A stretch of DNA of 32,000 nucleotides from Promethearchaeum syntrophicum (GCF_008000775.2 NZ_CP042905.2:3960001-3992000), one strand, 5' to 3'. Positions 15,929 to 25,073 are shown, counted from the first letter of the stretch. Translations and numbers: made by a program. Notes: generated from the sequence alone by a model not told the origin.

Positions 15929-16933
15929 TCAATTTAAGGGAGTCCCACAATTCGAACAATATTTAGAATTTGGATCGATCTGTTTTGTCCCACAAATATG
16001 ACAGAATTTACCCAAGTTTTCAGTGTTTCCTGCACTAATTCCAGATATATTTTGCGGGGAATTATGGTTAAATTGACCCATTTGATCTTGGGAGGAAAAA
16101 TTCTGAGATGTATCTTGAGATGAATATATATCGGGAGATTTGTAAAATTGTGCAGTTCTTGAATATGAAACAAACCCTTTTCCTGCTTTAAACAATCCAA
16201 CAAGAGTGAAAATTACAGCCATAAAACCCAACAGCCCCACCAAAGGGGCATCTGGAATTAGGTTCAAAAACCCAACGATTAAATTTATGATTGAGCCCCA
16301 AAAAAGGAAATTTATTCCATGATCAACATTAATACTATTTGGATTCTCAAAATTGGAAAGTCTTAATTTATTTCCAAATTGTTTAAAGGAAATATATCCA
16401 TATAAAATAAGTCCTAACGGGATCAAAATAAATAACTGAATTATAAAATTTGTTGCCGTTGCTTCAATGAGGATTTGATTAAGTTCTGTTTCAGTTACAT
16501 TACTAAAAGATGATAAAGCAATTTGCACTCTAGATAAAGCCTGATAGGATATAATTGAAGCAACTATATCAACTATAATCTGAGTTAAGAGACCAATTAA
16601 TAATATCAAAAACGTTTTATTAAGGATTTCTGAATTTTCGTTATATATTTTACTGAGATTAAATATTTCTTTAATGAAATTTCCGAAAAAAGTATAAATA
16701 ATTATAGATAGAACACCTGTATATAAAACAATATTTTTACTCGTTTCAATGAAATCATATAAAGCTTGCTCTGGATTAGTAGTAGTTGCTAAACTAAGCA
16801 AAACCATAGCTAAATATATACCCATCATAAATGAAATTAATTGAACAATAATTATTCCAAAAGCATACATTTTCATAGATTTACCTAATTTTTGAAAATT
16901 GTAATTTGATTCATCAATTGCCATTTTACTCAT
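15929..16933 (-). CDS. Multi-pass membrane protein with Q/S-rich linker and C-terminal zinc ribbon
   Basis: About 6-7 hydrophobic helices, then the low-complexity stretch SSQDTSQNFSSQDQMGQFNHNSPQN, then CHICGTKQIDPNSKYCSNCGTPL. Confidence 0.7.
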   Translation of the reverse strand: MSKMAIDESNYNFQKLGKSMKMYAFGIIIVQLISFMMGIYLAMVLLSLATTTNPEQALYDFIETSKNIVLYTGVLSIIIYTFFGNFIKEIFNLSKIYNENSEILNKTFLILLIGLLTQIIVDIVASIISYQALSRVQIALSSFSNVTETELNQILIEATATNFIIQLFILIPLGLILYGYISFKQFGNKLRLSNFENPNSINVDHGINFLFWGSIINLIVGFLNLIPDAPLVGLLGFMAVIFTLVGLFKAGKGFVSYSRTAQFYKSPDIYSSQDTSQNFSSQDQMGQFNHNSPQNISGISAGNTENLGKFCHICGTKQIDPNSKYCSNCGTPLN

Positions 16934-16989
16934 TTTAATAAAAAAAAACTGAGTTATAAAATTTCATATTATTAAAAGGAAAAAAAAAA

Positions 16990-18717
16990 TTACTTATTGA
17001 AAGGATATTTGCCTGCAGCTTTTAATTTGGCAAGTTCTTCCTCTTCCAATTTATTGAATGCGACTTTTCCTACAAGTGTTAATGGTAATTCGTCTCTAAA
17101 TTCTAGTTCCCGTGGACTTTCCCATTTAAGAAGTTTGGTTAAACAATGTTTCTTAATAATTCCAACCATTTCTTCATTTTTCTTCGTTTTATCCTTCAAA
17201 ATGATAAAACCTTTAATCCTAGTTATTTGTTTTTCATCAGGAATTCCAATAACGCATACATCCTCAACCTCTGGATGATCTCGGATTATTTCTTCAATAT
17301 GTTTTGGATATGCGTTTATTCCAGAAACTTTAAGCATTCTTTTTTGACGGAGTTTAAAATAAAAGAAACCGTCCTCATCCATACTTGCAATATCTCCGGT
17401 ATGTAGCCAAATTCTTCCATCTTCATGCTTCTTCAGTACTTTAGCGGTTGCTTCGGGATTATCAAGATAACCTATCATTACATCGGGACCTGCAACGCAA
17501 AGTTCTCCTTCTTCATTTACTGGAGATTCCTCTTTTGTATCGATTTTTACAACTTTAGCCAGCATATCAGGGAATGGAACGCCTATACTTCCTTCGCGAT
17601 ATTCTGTAATCGGAGTTGCCATCATTGCTGTTACTGCTTCGGTTAATCCATATCCCTCTAATAATTTAATATTTCCCCCGCCATTTTTTACAGTTTCTTC
17701 AAATTTCTCTTTGACACTTCTTGGAAGAGTATCAGCTCCTGAGAAAGTTGCTTTTAAACACGATAAATCCGCTTTCTTAAAAGTGGGGTTATCCGAGAGA
17801 GCAGCAAAAAGAGTTGGAACACCAACTAAAAATGTGGGTTTTTTTTTATTTACTAAATTTGCAACCGTTTCTGGGGTGAAGGTTGGAACTAATATACTTG
17901 TAGCCCCCCCCATGAATGCTCCGTTAACACATACACCCAATCCAAATCCATGAAAAATCGGTAAAATTGCTAAAATTTTATCATTCTCATCTAAATCTCC
18001 CCAAATAGCACATTGCTTACCTTCTGCAATCATATTTTGATTTGAAAGCATAATCCCTTTAGGAACGCCTGTTGTCCCTCCAGAATATAATATAATTGCA
18101 AGATCATTTGTTGATTGCTCAGATTTTTGAGATTTTGGATAGGATGTTTTCATCATATTATGATACCAAATCACTCGATCATCTACTGGAATTTTTGGGA
18201 TTTTCCTGCCCTTAGTTAGCCAAAATCCGAATTTCATGACAGCTCCTAAGTAATCAGGTATTGTGCATAACATTATTTTTTCTACACTAGTATCCCCAGA
18301 CGATAATGCTTCAGCAACTGGTTTATAAAATGCATTTAACGTAAGAACATATTTGCTTTTAGAAATATTTAAGAACATTTTAATCTGCTCAGGAGGACTT
18401 AAAGGATGAATCATTGAAGCAACACCCCCCAATTTATTTATTGCGTATATTGGAATTATTCCATTTGGAGCAGTGGGCATAGAAATAGTCATTACATCCC
18501 CTTTTTTAAACCCAATCGCAGCTAATGCATCAGCAAATTGATCAATTTCTTTTATAAAATTTTTATATGTCGAAGTTGTTCCCATGAAATCCCAAGCGAT
18601 ATTTTCAGGGTATTTTTCCGCAGTTTGTAATAAGGCTTCATATAGCGTGACCTTTGGATAATCGATTGATTTTGGGTAATCTCCATAAAATTTCAACCAA
18701 TTCATTTGTTCGTACAT
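16990..18717 (-). CDS. Long-chain acyl-CoA synthetase (AMP-forming adenylate-forming enzyme)
   Basis: AMP-binding motif YSGGTTGVPKG, plus EGYGLTE, WLHTGDIA, and RQKRMLKVSGINAYP. Confidence 0.9.
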   Translation of the reverse strand: MYEQMNWLKFYGDYPKSIDYPKVTLYEALLQTAEKYPENIAWDFMGTTSTYKNFIKEIDQFADALAAIGFKKGDVMTISMPTAPNGIIPIYAINKLGGVASMIHPLSPPEQIKMFLNISKSKYVLTLNAFYKPVAEALSSGDTSVEKIMLCTIPDYLGAVMKFGFWLTKGRKIPKIPVDDRVIWYHNMMKTSYPKSQKSEQSTNDLAIILYSGGTTGVPKGIMLSNQNMIAEGKQCAIWGDLDENDKILAILPIFHGFGLGVCVNGAFMGGATSILVPTFTPETVANLVNKKKPTFLVGVPTLFAALSDNPTFKKADLSCLKATFSGADTLPRSVKEKFEETVKNGGGNIKLLEGYGLTEAVTAMMATPITEYREGSIGVPFPDMLAKVVKIDTKEESPVNEEGELCVAGPDVMIGYLDNPEATAKVLKKHEDGRIWLHTGDIASMDEDGFFYFKLRQKRMLKVSGINAYPKHIEEIIRDHPEVEDVCVIGIPDEKQITRIKGFIILKDKTKKNEEMVGIIKKHCLTKLLKWESPRELEFRDELPLTLVGKVAFNKLEEEELAKLKAAGKYPFNK

Positions 18718-18859
18718 GATTTTTCAGTTCTTATTTTTTTGGAAAGATGGTCAAGAAAACTTTCCTTATCTTAGATATTTGTTTATTTAATTAAATCCTT
18801 TTTTGTAACATGAAGATCATATTCTAACATTTAAGGCAAAAATTCTTCTAAATATACCG

Positions 18860-21316
18860 TTGGTGAATGAGTTGAACAGTGCGATAATTAAAGATTTGAT
18901 AACCAAAATTGGTTTTCCTTCAGAAGAGTCAAAAGAATATCCCTATACCAAAAACCTCGCAAAATTCAAGCTAATATTCACAAAAACCAAGAATAGATAT
19001 TTTGAAATCTTGTGTTTAAATCAAAACAAACTTAAAACTGAAATCTTAGATTACTTAGGTTATCAAAATCAAGAGGAGAAACACAAATTTTCTGATCATG
19101 AATTACAAAATCTTGCATCACAAGCATCCCATTTGATCTTAAACAAAATGTTTAGTTATTACGTAATTCAAGCCCAAGTTCACAAACACTATGGAATTAA
19201 ACTTGAAAATTTATATGTTCCTAGTAGTGAACAGACTTTTCAAGACCAAATTAAGGAGAAATTTAAAGATATTGTAAATACATTTGAAATCGCTCCAATT
19301 TTTCAAACAGATAGTTTTGATGAAATTATCCAATTTTCTGATAATTTATCTATTATACTTCAAGAGGCAAATAAATTCTTTGTAAATCTACATATTGAAG
19401 AGTTGAATGAAGATATTATTTCCAATCTATATCAAATGTTCATTCCACTTGAAGAAAAAAAAAAACTAGGTCAAATATATACTCCCCAAGATATTGCACA
19501 ATTGATGGTTAAATTAACAGTCCAAAATCCAAACGAGCTTGTTTTAGATCCTGCTTGTGGATGTGGGACTTTATTACATAAGGTGTACTATCGATTAAAA
19601 AATTTAAAAATCGAGGCTAAAATTCCATTAAATCATAAAGATTTACTCTCTCAAATTTGGGGTATAGAAATTAATCCTTTTCCAGCCCAAATTGCAATGA
19701 TGTCACTTGCTTTTATGGATATTTCTAAAATCACACAAGTATCAGGGATTTTATTAGAAGATTTCCTTAATATTGGACCGCTCAAAAATTATTTTGTAAA
19801 ATCAATGAATTTTAAAACCGGAAAGATCATTACAAGAGAATTACCAAAGAAATTTGATGTGATTATTGCAAATCCCCCATATATTAAACAAGAATTGATA
19901 CCAAACAAAAAACTAATGATGAAAAATCTCCCCATTTTTGCATCATATCGAGAAAAAAATATTCTTCCCAGTAATGTATTAAAAAAAACACAGAAAATCA
20001 AACTAGAATTGACTGGAAAAACCGATTATTATGGGTTTTTTCTATGGTATTCAAATTATTTTCTTAGGGATCAAGGAAAACTTTGCTTTATAGTCCCTAA
20101 TAAATGGATGGATGTAGAATACGGTAAGAAACTAAAGAAATTTATCAAAGAAAATTTCAAAATAATCGCAGTTATAGGATTTAATCAAAATGTGTTTGAA
20201 AATGCTCAAGTTTCAACACTTATTATAATTCTTAAAAAAGAGAAAGATAATTTTAAACGTAAACATCATTACGTTAAATTTATTAATATTTTAGAGAAAG
20301 AAGGGAGACAAAAACTAGAATATTTAGTAAATTCTTCTTTAAGACCAATTTTTAAAGCAGAAATTGATTGGAACGGATATCTATTTAAAAATGAAAGCAA
20401 TTCACTCCAATGTACCTACATACGTCAAGATCATTTAAACTATTTAGAAAAATGGTCAATTAAATATCTTTATCAATCACATTTTGCACGAATATTGAAA
20501 AAAAAATCCTTAATAGCAATGGATAATCTTGAAATTACATCTGTTATTGGTGGGATCAAGACAGGGGCTAATGATTTTTATTTTCCCTCTGAAAATGATC
20601 AAAAGAAATATTCAATCGAACCACAATTTCTAATTCCAGGAATTAAAACAGGGCGCAAAATTCCCTCAAAAATTATTATAGATCAGGCAAAAAACCAGTT
20701 TCTCTCTATTCCCTCCGAGACAAACATTTCAAAATATCCGGGATTACATTCATATATATCACATGGTGAAAATTCAAAGAAATATCATGAACGACGTTCA
20801 GTTCATTGGAAACCTTGGTATTCTATACCAAAAAATAAGCAAGACACACCAGATATTTTATTTCTTCGACACATCAATAAAAATTTCAAAGCTAGATGGA
20901 ATAAGGTAAAATGCGTTGTTGCTGACGGAGTGAGAGGAATTAGAGTAAATAATCCAGATCATTTACTTTTTTATTTAGGGATTTGCAACTCCACTTATTT
21001 CTACTGGCAAGCCCATATATGCGGTAGATGGGAGGGACAAGGTGATCTTCAACTATTGGTTTATGAATTACGCCAATTTCTTATTCCAGACATTAGAAAA
21101 ATTCCCCAAGAAAAGATTGTCAATGTGGAAAAATGCATGAATAAGATAATATTTGAAACTCAAAATTCTAAATCAAAAGAATATGATACAATGTCAATTT
21201 TGCATAAAAACCTAGATATTGCAGTTCTGGATTGCTTAGATCTAAAAAATAATTATGAATTACTTCAAAAAGAAACAAATTATTTAGAGCAAAGTCGTTT
21301 AACAAAAAAATTTTAA
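18860..21316 (+). CDS. Gamma-class N6-adenine DNA methyltransferase with C-terminal target-recognition region (Eco57I/TaqI-like, Type IIG-like architecture) and unassigned N-terminal region of about 200 aa
   Basis: Motif X GQIYTPQDIAQLMV, motif I LVLDPACGCGTLL, motif IV IIANPPYIKQ, TRD-like GGIKTGANDFYF. Start is uncertain: TTG at 18860 or GTG at 18863. The first in-frame ATG is codon 97. Confidence 0.8.
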   Translation: MVNELNSAIIKDLITKIGFPSEESKEYPYTKNLAKFKLIFTKTKNRYFEILCLNQNKLKTEILDYLGYQNQEEKHKFSDHELQNLASQASHLILNKMFSYYVIQAQVHKHYGIKLENLYVPSSEQTFQDQIKEKFKDIVNTFEIAPIFQTDSFDEIIQFSDNLSIILQEANKFFVNLHIEELNEDIISNLYQMFIPLEEKKKLGQIYTPQDIAQLMVKLTVQNPNELVLDPACGCGTLLHKVYYRLKNLKIEAKIPLNHKDLLSQIWGIEINPFPAQIAMMSLAFMDISKITQVSGILLEDFLNIGPLKNYFVKSMNFKTGKIITRELPKKFDVIIANPPYIKQELIPNKKLMMKNLPIFASYREKNILPSNVLKKTQKIKLELTGKTDYYGFFLWYSNYFLRDQGKLCFIVPNKWMDVEYGKKLKKFIKENFKIIAVIGFNQNVFENAQVSTLIIILKKEKDNFKRKHHYVKFINILEKEGRQKLEYLVNSSLRPIFKAEIDWNGYLFKNESNSLQCTYIRQDHLNYLEKWSIKYLYQSHFARILKKKSLIAMDNLEITSVIGGIKTGANDFYFPSENDQKKYSIEPQFLIPGIKTGRKIPSKIIIDQAKNQFLSIPSETNISKYPGLHSYISHGENSKKYHERRSVHWKPWYSIPKNKQDTPDILFLRHINKNFKARWNKVKCVVADGVRGIRVNNPDHLLFYLGICNSTYFYWQAHICGRWEGQGDLQLLVYELRQFLIPDIRKIPQEKIVNVEKCMNKIIFETQNSKSKEYDTMSILHKNLDIAVLDCLDLKNNYELLQKETNYLEQSRLTKKF

Positions 21317-21333
21317 AAAAAAATTTTGAAAAA

Positions 21334-22752
21334 TTATTTCTTTTTTTTGGATATGATATAAATAGATCCAACGAAAAACATTATAAAGTGAAAGGGTTCA
21401 TAACCGGGTATTTTTTTAAGTTCTGGATTTGTGTGTTCAGCTAAATGCAACAAACCTTTAAAAATTAGTTCAGAATTTTCAATAACTTTATTGGCAGGAG
21501 GGTTAAAGAAATCCCATATACCCCATTGTTCGTATAATCCTGTAGATAAATCGTGTGTTATTTTTAATGCGGAATTATTTCCATAGGTTTCGAGACAAAT
21601 GGCAATCCGGTTATCTCTATTTTCCCAGTACATCCACGGAGAAAACATTCCTGCTTCAAAAAGTATTATTGAAGAAGAAAACCCTAGAATATTCGCAAGA
21701 GAAGATGTTATATTTTCATAGTTTTTGACATCAAATTCTTCTTTATATTTTTGATTAAACTCATACACTTGGGGATAATATATGGCTTGAATTCCCGAAT
21801 GAAGTGAGACTACAGTTTCAAAACTATGATCCTCGATAAAGTTTTTTAGATTTTTAGTACATTTTTCAGAAAAAGGTTTTTCTCCATGATATATTTGGGA
21901 TTCTGGTAACGATGTAGAATAAGATGGATTTCCGAAATCATGATCATAATTCCGATTGGGATCGGTTCCCCCAAAAACATCTTCACCAATAATTTCATTA
22001 TCATTAAGATCTTCTCCTTCATATCCAGAATTTATTGCATATTTATTATCATTATCGCTATAGAAAACAGAAATATAACCATCTCCATCGATATCTTTTG
22101 GTTCTATCTCAGGAATGGTTAGACTCAATTTATCTATCAATTCTCCTCCATTAAGATTTAATCCACTAACAGTTTTTCTTTGCCATGGAAAAGAACTAAT
22201 TAACAGACTTCCATCGATGTTTAATGAAGGAATAACAAATATCTCTTTCTCATTTAGTAGGTTAATTATATTTTCATCTTGATTAATAGTATCATTTATG
22301 ATTTTATCAATAAAATACAGAGCATTTTCTACTGTAATTTGCTCACGGGCGTGATGCTGGGCAACAATGAGAATTTCCTTTTTTTTAGTATTAATTTCTT
22401 CATTTGTTATTCTAACTGCATATATATCATGTCCCAGATATGTAGTTCCAATTGAAAACACTTCTATCATTTCAGGAAAATTAATTTCAAGATTATTTAT
22501 TTTATATTTTATTTCAGTATAATTATGATAATTGCCTAAAGAAGGACCAAATACAAGAGAGTCATCTCCTTTAATATCAGCTGAAGCATTTTTAAATTCA
22601 TCCCAAATGAACATATAATCATTATCATCATCAATTTGTGATGAACTTATTGGAGATTTATCGCTGAGTTTTCTACTACCTTGAAAAAAAAGAGTAAGAC
22701 CACTAAATAGAAATAAAAATAGAATTAAAACAACTTTTCTTAATTTCCTCAC
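21334..22752 (-). CDS. Secreted/membrane-anchored M14 zinc carboxypeptidase
   Basis: Zinc and substrate motifs VAQHHAREQIT, TDPNRNYDHDF, SLHSG. N-terminal signal-like MRKLRKVVLILFLFLFSGLTLFF (GTG start). C-terminal hydrophobic helix followed by KKKK. Confidence 0.8.
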   Translation of the reverse strand: MRKLRKVVLILFLFLFSGLTLFFQGSRKLSDKSPISSSQIDDDNDYMFIWDEFKNASADIKGDDSLVFGPSLGNYHNYTEIKYKINNLEINFPEMIEVFSIGTTYLGHDIYAVRITNEEINTKKKEILIVAQHHAREQITVENALYFIDKIINDTINQDENIINLLNEKEIFVIPSLNIDGSLLISSFPWQRKTVSGLNLNGGELIDKLSLTIPEIEPKDIDGDGYISVFYSDNDNKYAINSGYEGEDLNDNEIIGEDVFGGTDPNRNYDHDFGNPSYSTSLPESQIYHGEKPFSEKCTKNLKNFIEDHSFETVVSLHSGIQAIYYPQVYEFNQKYKEEFDVKNYENITSSLANILGFSSSIILFEAGMFSPWMYWENRDNRIAICLETYGNNSALKITHDLSTGLYEQWGIWDFFNPPANKVIENSELIFKGLLHLAEHTNPELKKIPGYEPFHFIMFFVGSIYIISKKKK

Positions 22753-23024
22753 TTATCCTCAAAAATATAATAAAATGAATATTTATTAATGCTTCGATTA
22801 ATCTTAATATCCTTGCAAAAATTGAAAACTAATTTTAATATTTGATAAAATATTTTATGTTTAGTACCTATATTATTTTTTATAACTCCCCGCATAGAAT
22901 TACTAAATTAATTAATAATTATCAAAATTTACTTATTAAACAATCAACAATTTCCATTCTTACATACAGATTATTAAAAAACAAAAAAAAAATTCAAAAT
23001 AATCTTTGAATAATTAAAATATAG

Positions 23025-23870
23025 ATGAAAAAAAAAACTATAAAACCGCACCCTTTTTTAAAATGGGCAGGGGGAAAAAGACAACTTCTAAGTCAAATTG
23101 AACCTTTTGTCCCAGATTCATTTAACACATATATTGAACCGTTTGTTGGAGGAGGTGCATTATTCTTTTATTTAACACTAAAAAAAGCTATCATTATTGA
23201 TAATAATCCTGTTTTAATTAACGCTTACAAGATAATCCAAAATAATGTGGAAGATTTAATAAAATCACTGCAAAAGCATAAAAATGAAAAGGAATATTAT
23301 TATAAAATTCGAAATATTGACCTTTTAGAAGAATTTAAAGAATGGTCAGATATTGAAAAGGCATCTAGAATCCTTTTTATGAATAAATGTTGTTATAATG
23401 GGCTATATCGAGTAAATTCTAAAGGTCATTTTAATGTTCCATTTGGAAGATATTCCAATCCTAATTTTTGTGATGAAGTAAATCTAAGAGCTGTTCACAA
23501 AGCTCTTCAAGGGGTTGAAATAATTTTAGGATCTTTTGAAAATTGTTTAAAATTTGCTCAAAAAGACGATTTCATATATTTTGATCCCCCTTATGATCCG
23601 CTTTCAAGTACAGCTAATTTTACAGGATATACCAAGGAAAAATTCGGGAAAAATGAACAGGAGAACTTAAAAAAAGTTTTCGATGAATTAAACGAACGAG
23701 GATGTAAGGTTTTATTAAGCAATTCCTATACTGATTTTATATTAGATTTGTACAAAGATTATAAGATCACATTAGTATCTGCAAAACGAGCAATCAATAG
23801 AGATGCTTTAAAACGTGGCAATATTAAAGAAATCCTTGTAAGCAATTATCCAATTAAATCAGGAGTTTAA
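23025..23870 (+). CDS. Dam-like (D12 class, alpha-group) N6-adenine DNA methyltransferase
   Basis: PFLKWAGGKRQLL, AdoMet motif EPFVGGGALFF, catalytic FDPPY, typical size of about 280 aa. Confidence 0.9.
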   Translation: MKKKTIKPHPFLKWAGGKRQLLSQIEPFVPDSFNTYIEPFVGGGALFFYLTLKKAIIIDNNPVLINAYKIIQNNVEDLIKSLQKHKNEKEYYYKIRNIDLLEEFKEWSDIEKASRILFMNKCCYNGLYRVNSKGHFNVPFGRYSNPNFCDEVNLRAVHKALQGVEIILGSFENCLKFAQKDDFIYFDPPYDPLSSTANFTGYTKEKFGKNEQENLKKVFDELNERGCKVLLSNSYTDFILDLYKDYKITLVSAKRAINRDALKRGNIKEILVSNYPIKSGV

Positions 23871-23975
23871 ACTAACTTCAACAAAAAAACCTTTTCTCTC
23901 TTCTCTCTAAATTTCACGCATACATTTTTTAGGTAATAAAATGGATCATATGGTTACAATAGTAAATATTATTAA

Positions 23976-24008
23976 GCATAGGAATAATTTTTATGCATAA
24001 GAATAATT
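23976..24008 (+). promoter_or_regulatory. Tandem imperfect direct repeat upstream of the AbrB-PhoU gene
   Basis: GCATAGGAATAATT (23976-23989) and GCATAAGAATAATT (23995-24008) share 13 of 14 positions, with a 19-bp period. The second copy ends 15 nt before the ATG at 24024. Confidence 0.35.
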
Positions 24009-24023
24009 CTAAAGGTTAATATT

Positions 24024-25073
24024 ATGAGTCGAATGCAAGAGTATGATAAATTTGAACAAAAGAAAGTTCAAAGCGTGAAAGGATCATTTTATGTCTATCT
24101 ACCTAAAGCGTTATGTACAAGATATGAAATTGAGAAATCAAAAAAAATTTTTATGAAGCAGCTGGAAGATGATTCTTTGCTTCTAAAGTTTAACAGTCAA
24201 AGTGCGTATCCCACAAAATCATTTGAAATTAAATTAGATTACGATATCGCTAAAAATCATGGAGATTTAAAAAAGGAGGAATATTTAGACTTCCTTTTTA
24301 ATCAATATCTAACAGCATATATTATTGGATATAATACTGTCATTTTTTCAAAAGAAACCAAAATTCCCATGGTGATGCAAAATCGAATTCATAAAATGAC
24401 GAGAAAATTATATGGAATGGTTGTTATCAGTGAAACTACCACTAAAATAGTGGTTGAAGAGCATTTTGAAGAGATAGATATAAGAATTTTAAATAGACAG
24501 CTTTTATCAAAAATCAATCTTATGATCAATAATTACAAAGAGTTAGTTGAGGAATTTAATAAACTTGATAATCCTGAAGAATTAATCAATGAATTGATAA
24601 AACAAGATGATCAGGTTGATGAGCATCGATATGCGGTGGAAAGATATGTTCATCAAATCCTTAGACATCCTTCTTTAGGGCAGATTGTAAGTATAAATGC
24701 GGTTGAATGCTTGCATTATTCGGAAATGACAAGATTGATTGAAAGAATCGGAGATCATATAGTTAAACTTGCTAACCTTTTAAAAATACAAGAAATTGTT
24801 GAAAAAGAATTTGTCATTGAGCATTTAGATAAAATGTGGAATTTCTATATCACTATTCAAGATAATTTTGAACGTACAAACCGTATAAAATTATGGAAAT
24901 TAAATCAAGAAATTAAGGAATATGCAAAAGAAGTAAAAGATAGGATTTACGAAAATCATCCCGATACAGAATACCTTATCCCTATTAGGAGAGTATGTAA
25001 CATTTGTGGTGACATTGCCGAAATTAGGATAAACGACATCCTCTCACAAACACAAATTAAAATTGATAAGTAA
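24024..25073 (+). CDS. AbrB/SpoVT-domain plus PhoU-domain regulator (archaeal PhoU-homologue architecture)
   Basis: N-terminal GSFYVYLPKALCTRYEI (AbrB-like swapped hairpin). PhoU-like helices QDDQVDEHRYAVERYVHQIL and TRLIERIGDHIVKLANLL. A degenerate second repeat has RRVCNICGDIAEIRIND. Confidence 0.7.
   Translation: MSRMQEYDKFEQKKVQSVKGSFYVYLPKALCTRYEIEKSKKIFMKQLEDDSLLLKFNSQSAYPTKSFEIKLDYDIAKNHGDLKKEEYLDFLFNQYLTAYIIGYNTVIFSKETKIPMVMQNRIHKMTRKLYGMVVISETTTKIVVEEHFEEIDIRILNRQLLSKINLMINNYKELVEEFNKLDNPEELINELIKQDDQVDEHRYAVERYVHQILRHPSLGQIVSINAVECLHYSEMTRLIERIGDHIVKLANLLKIQEIVEKEFVIEHLDKMWNFYITIQDNFERTNRIKLWKLNQEIKEYAKEVKDRIYENHPDTEYLIPIRRVCNICGDIAEIRINDILSQTQIKIDK

Noticed and set aside
238-22122. 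Short track ORFs lying antisense or out of frame inside larger genes: 238-447, 3292-3717, 8306-8524, 9652-9849, 10683-10955, 11148-11426, 13041-13235, 14214-14471, 15934-16203, 16997-17953 (four ORFs), 19789-20001, 21168-21371, 21940-22122. Also 27354-27551 and 28638-28886.
   Set aside because: Each is fully embedded in a longer ORF that carries clear family motifs. Their translations are low-complexity (F/I/L/S/N-rich), as expected for the reverse strand of AT-rich coding DNA.
18860-23870. Two methyltransferases plus a peptidase considered as a single novel defence operon
   Set aside because: The three genes are on alternating strands (+, -, +) with their own spacers, so they cannot be one transcription unit. 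The M14 protein is clearly secreted and membrane-anchored. I kept them as separate observations.
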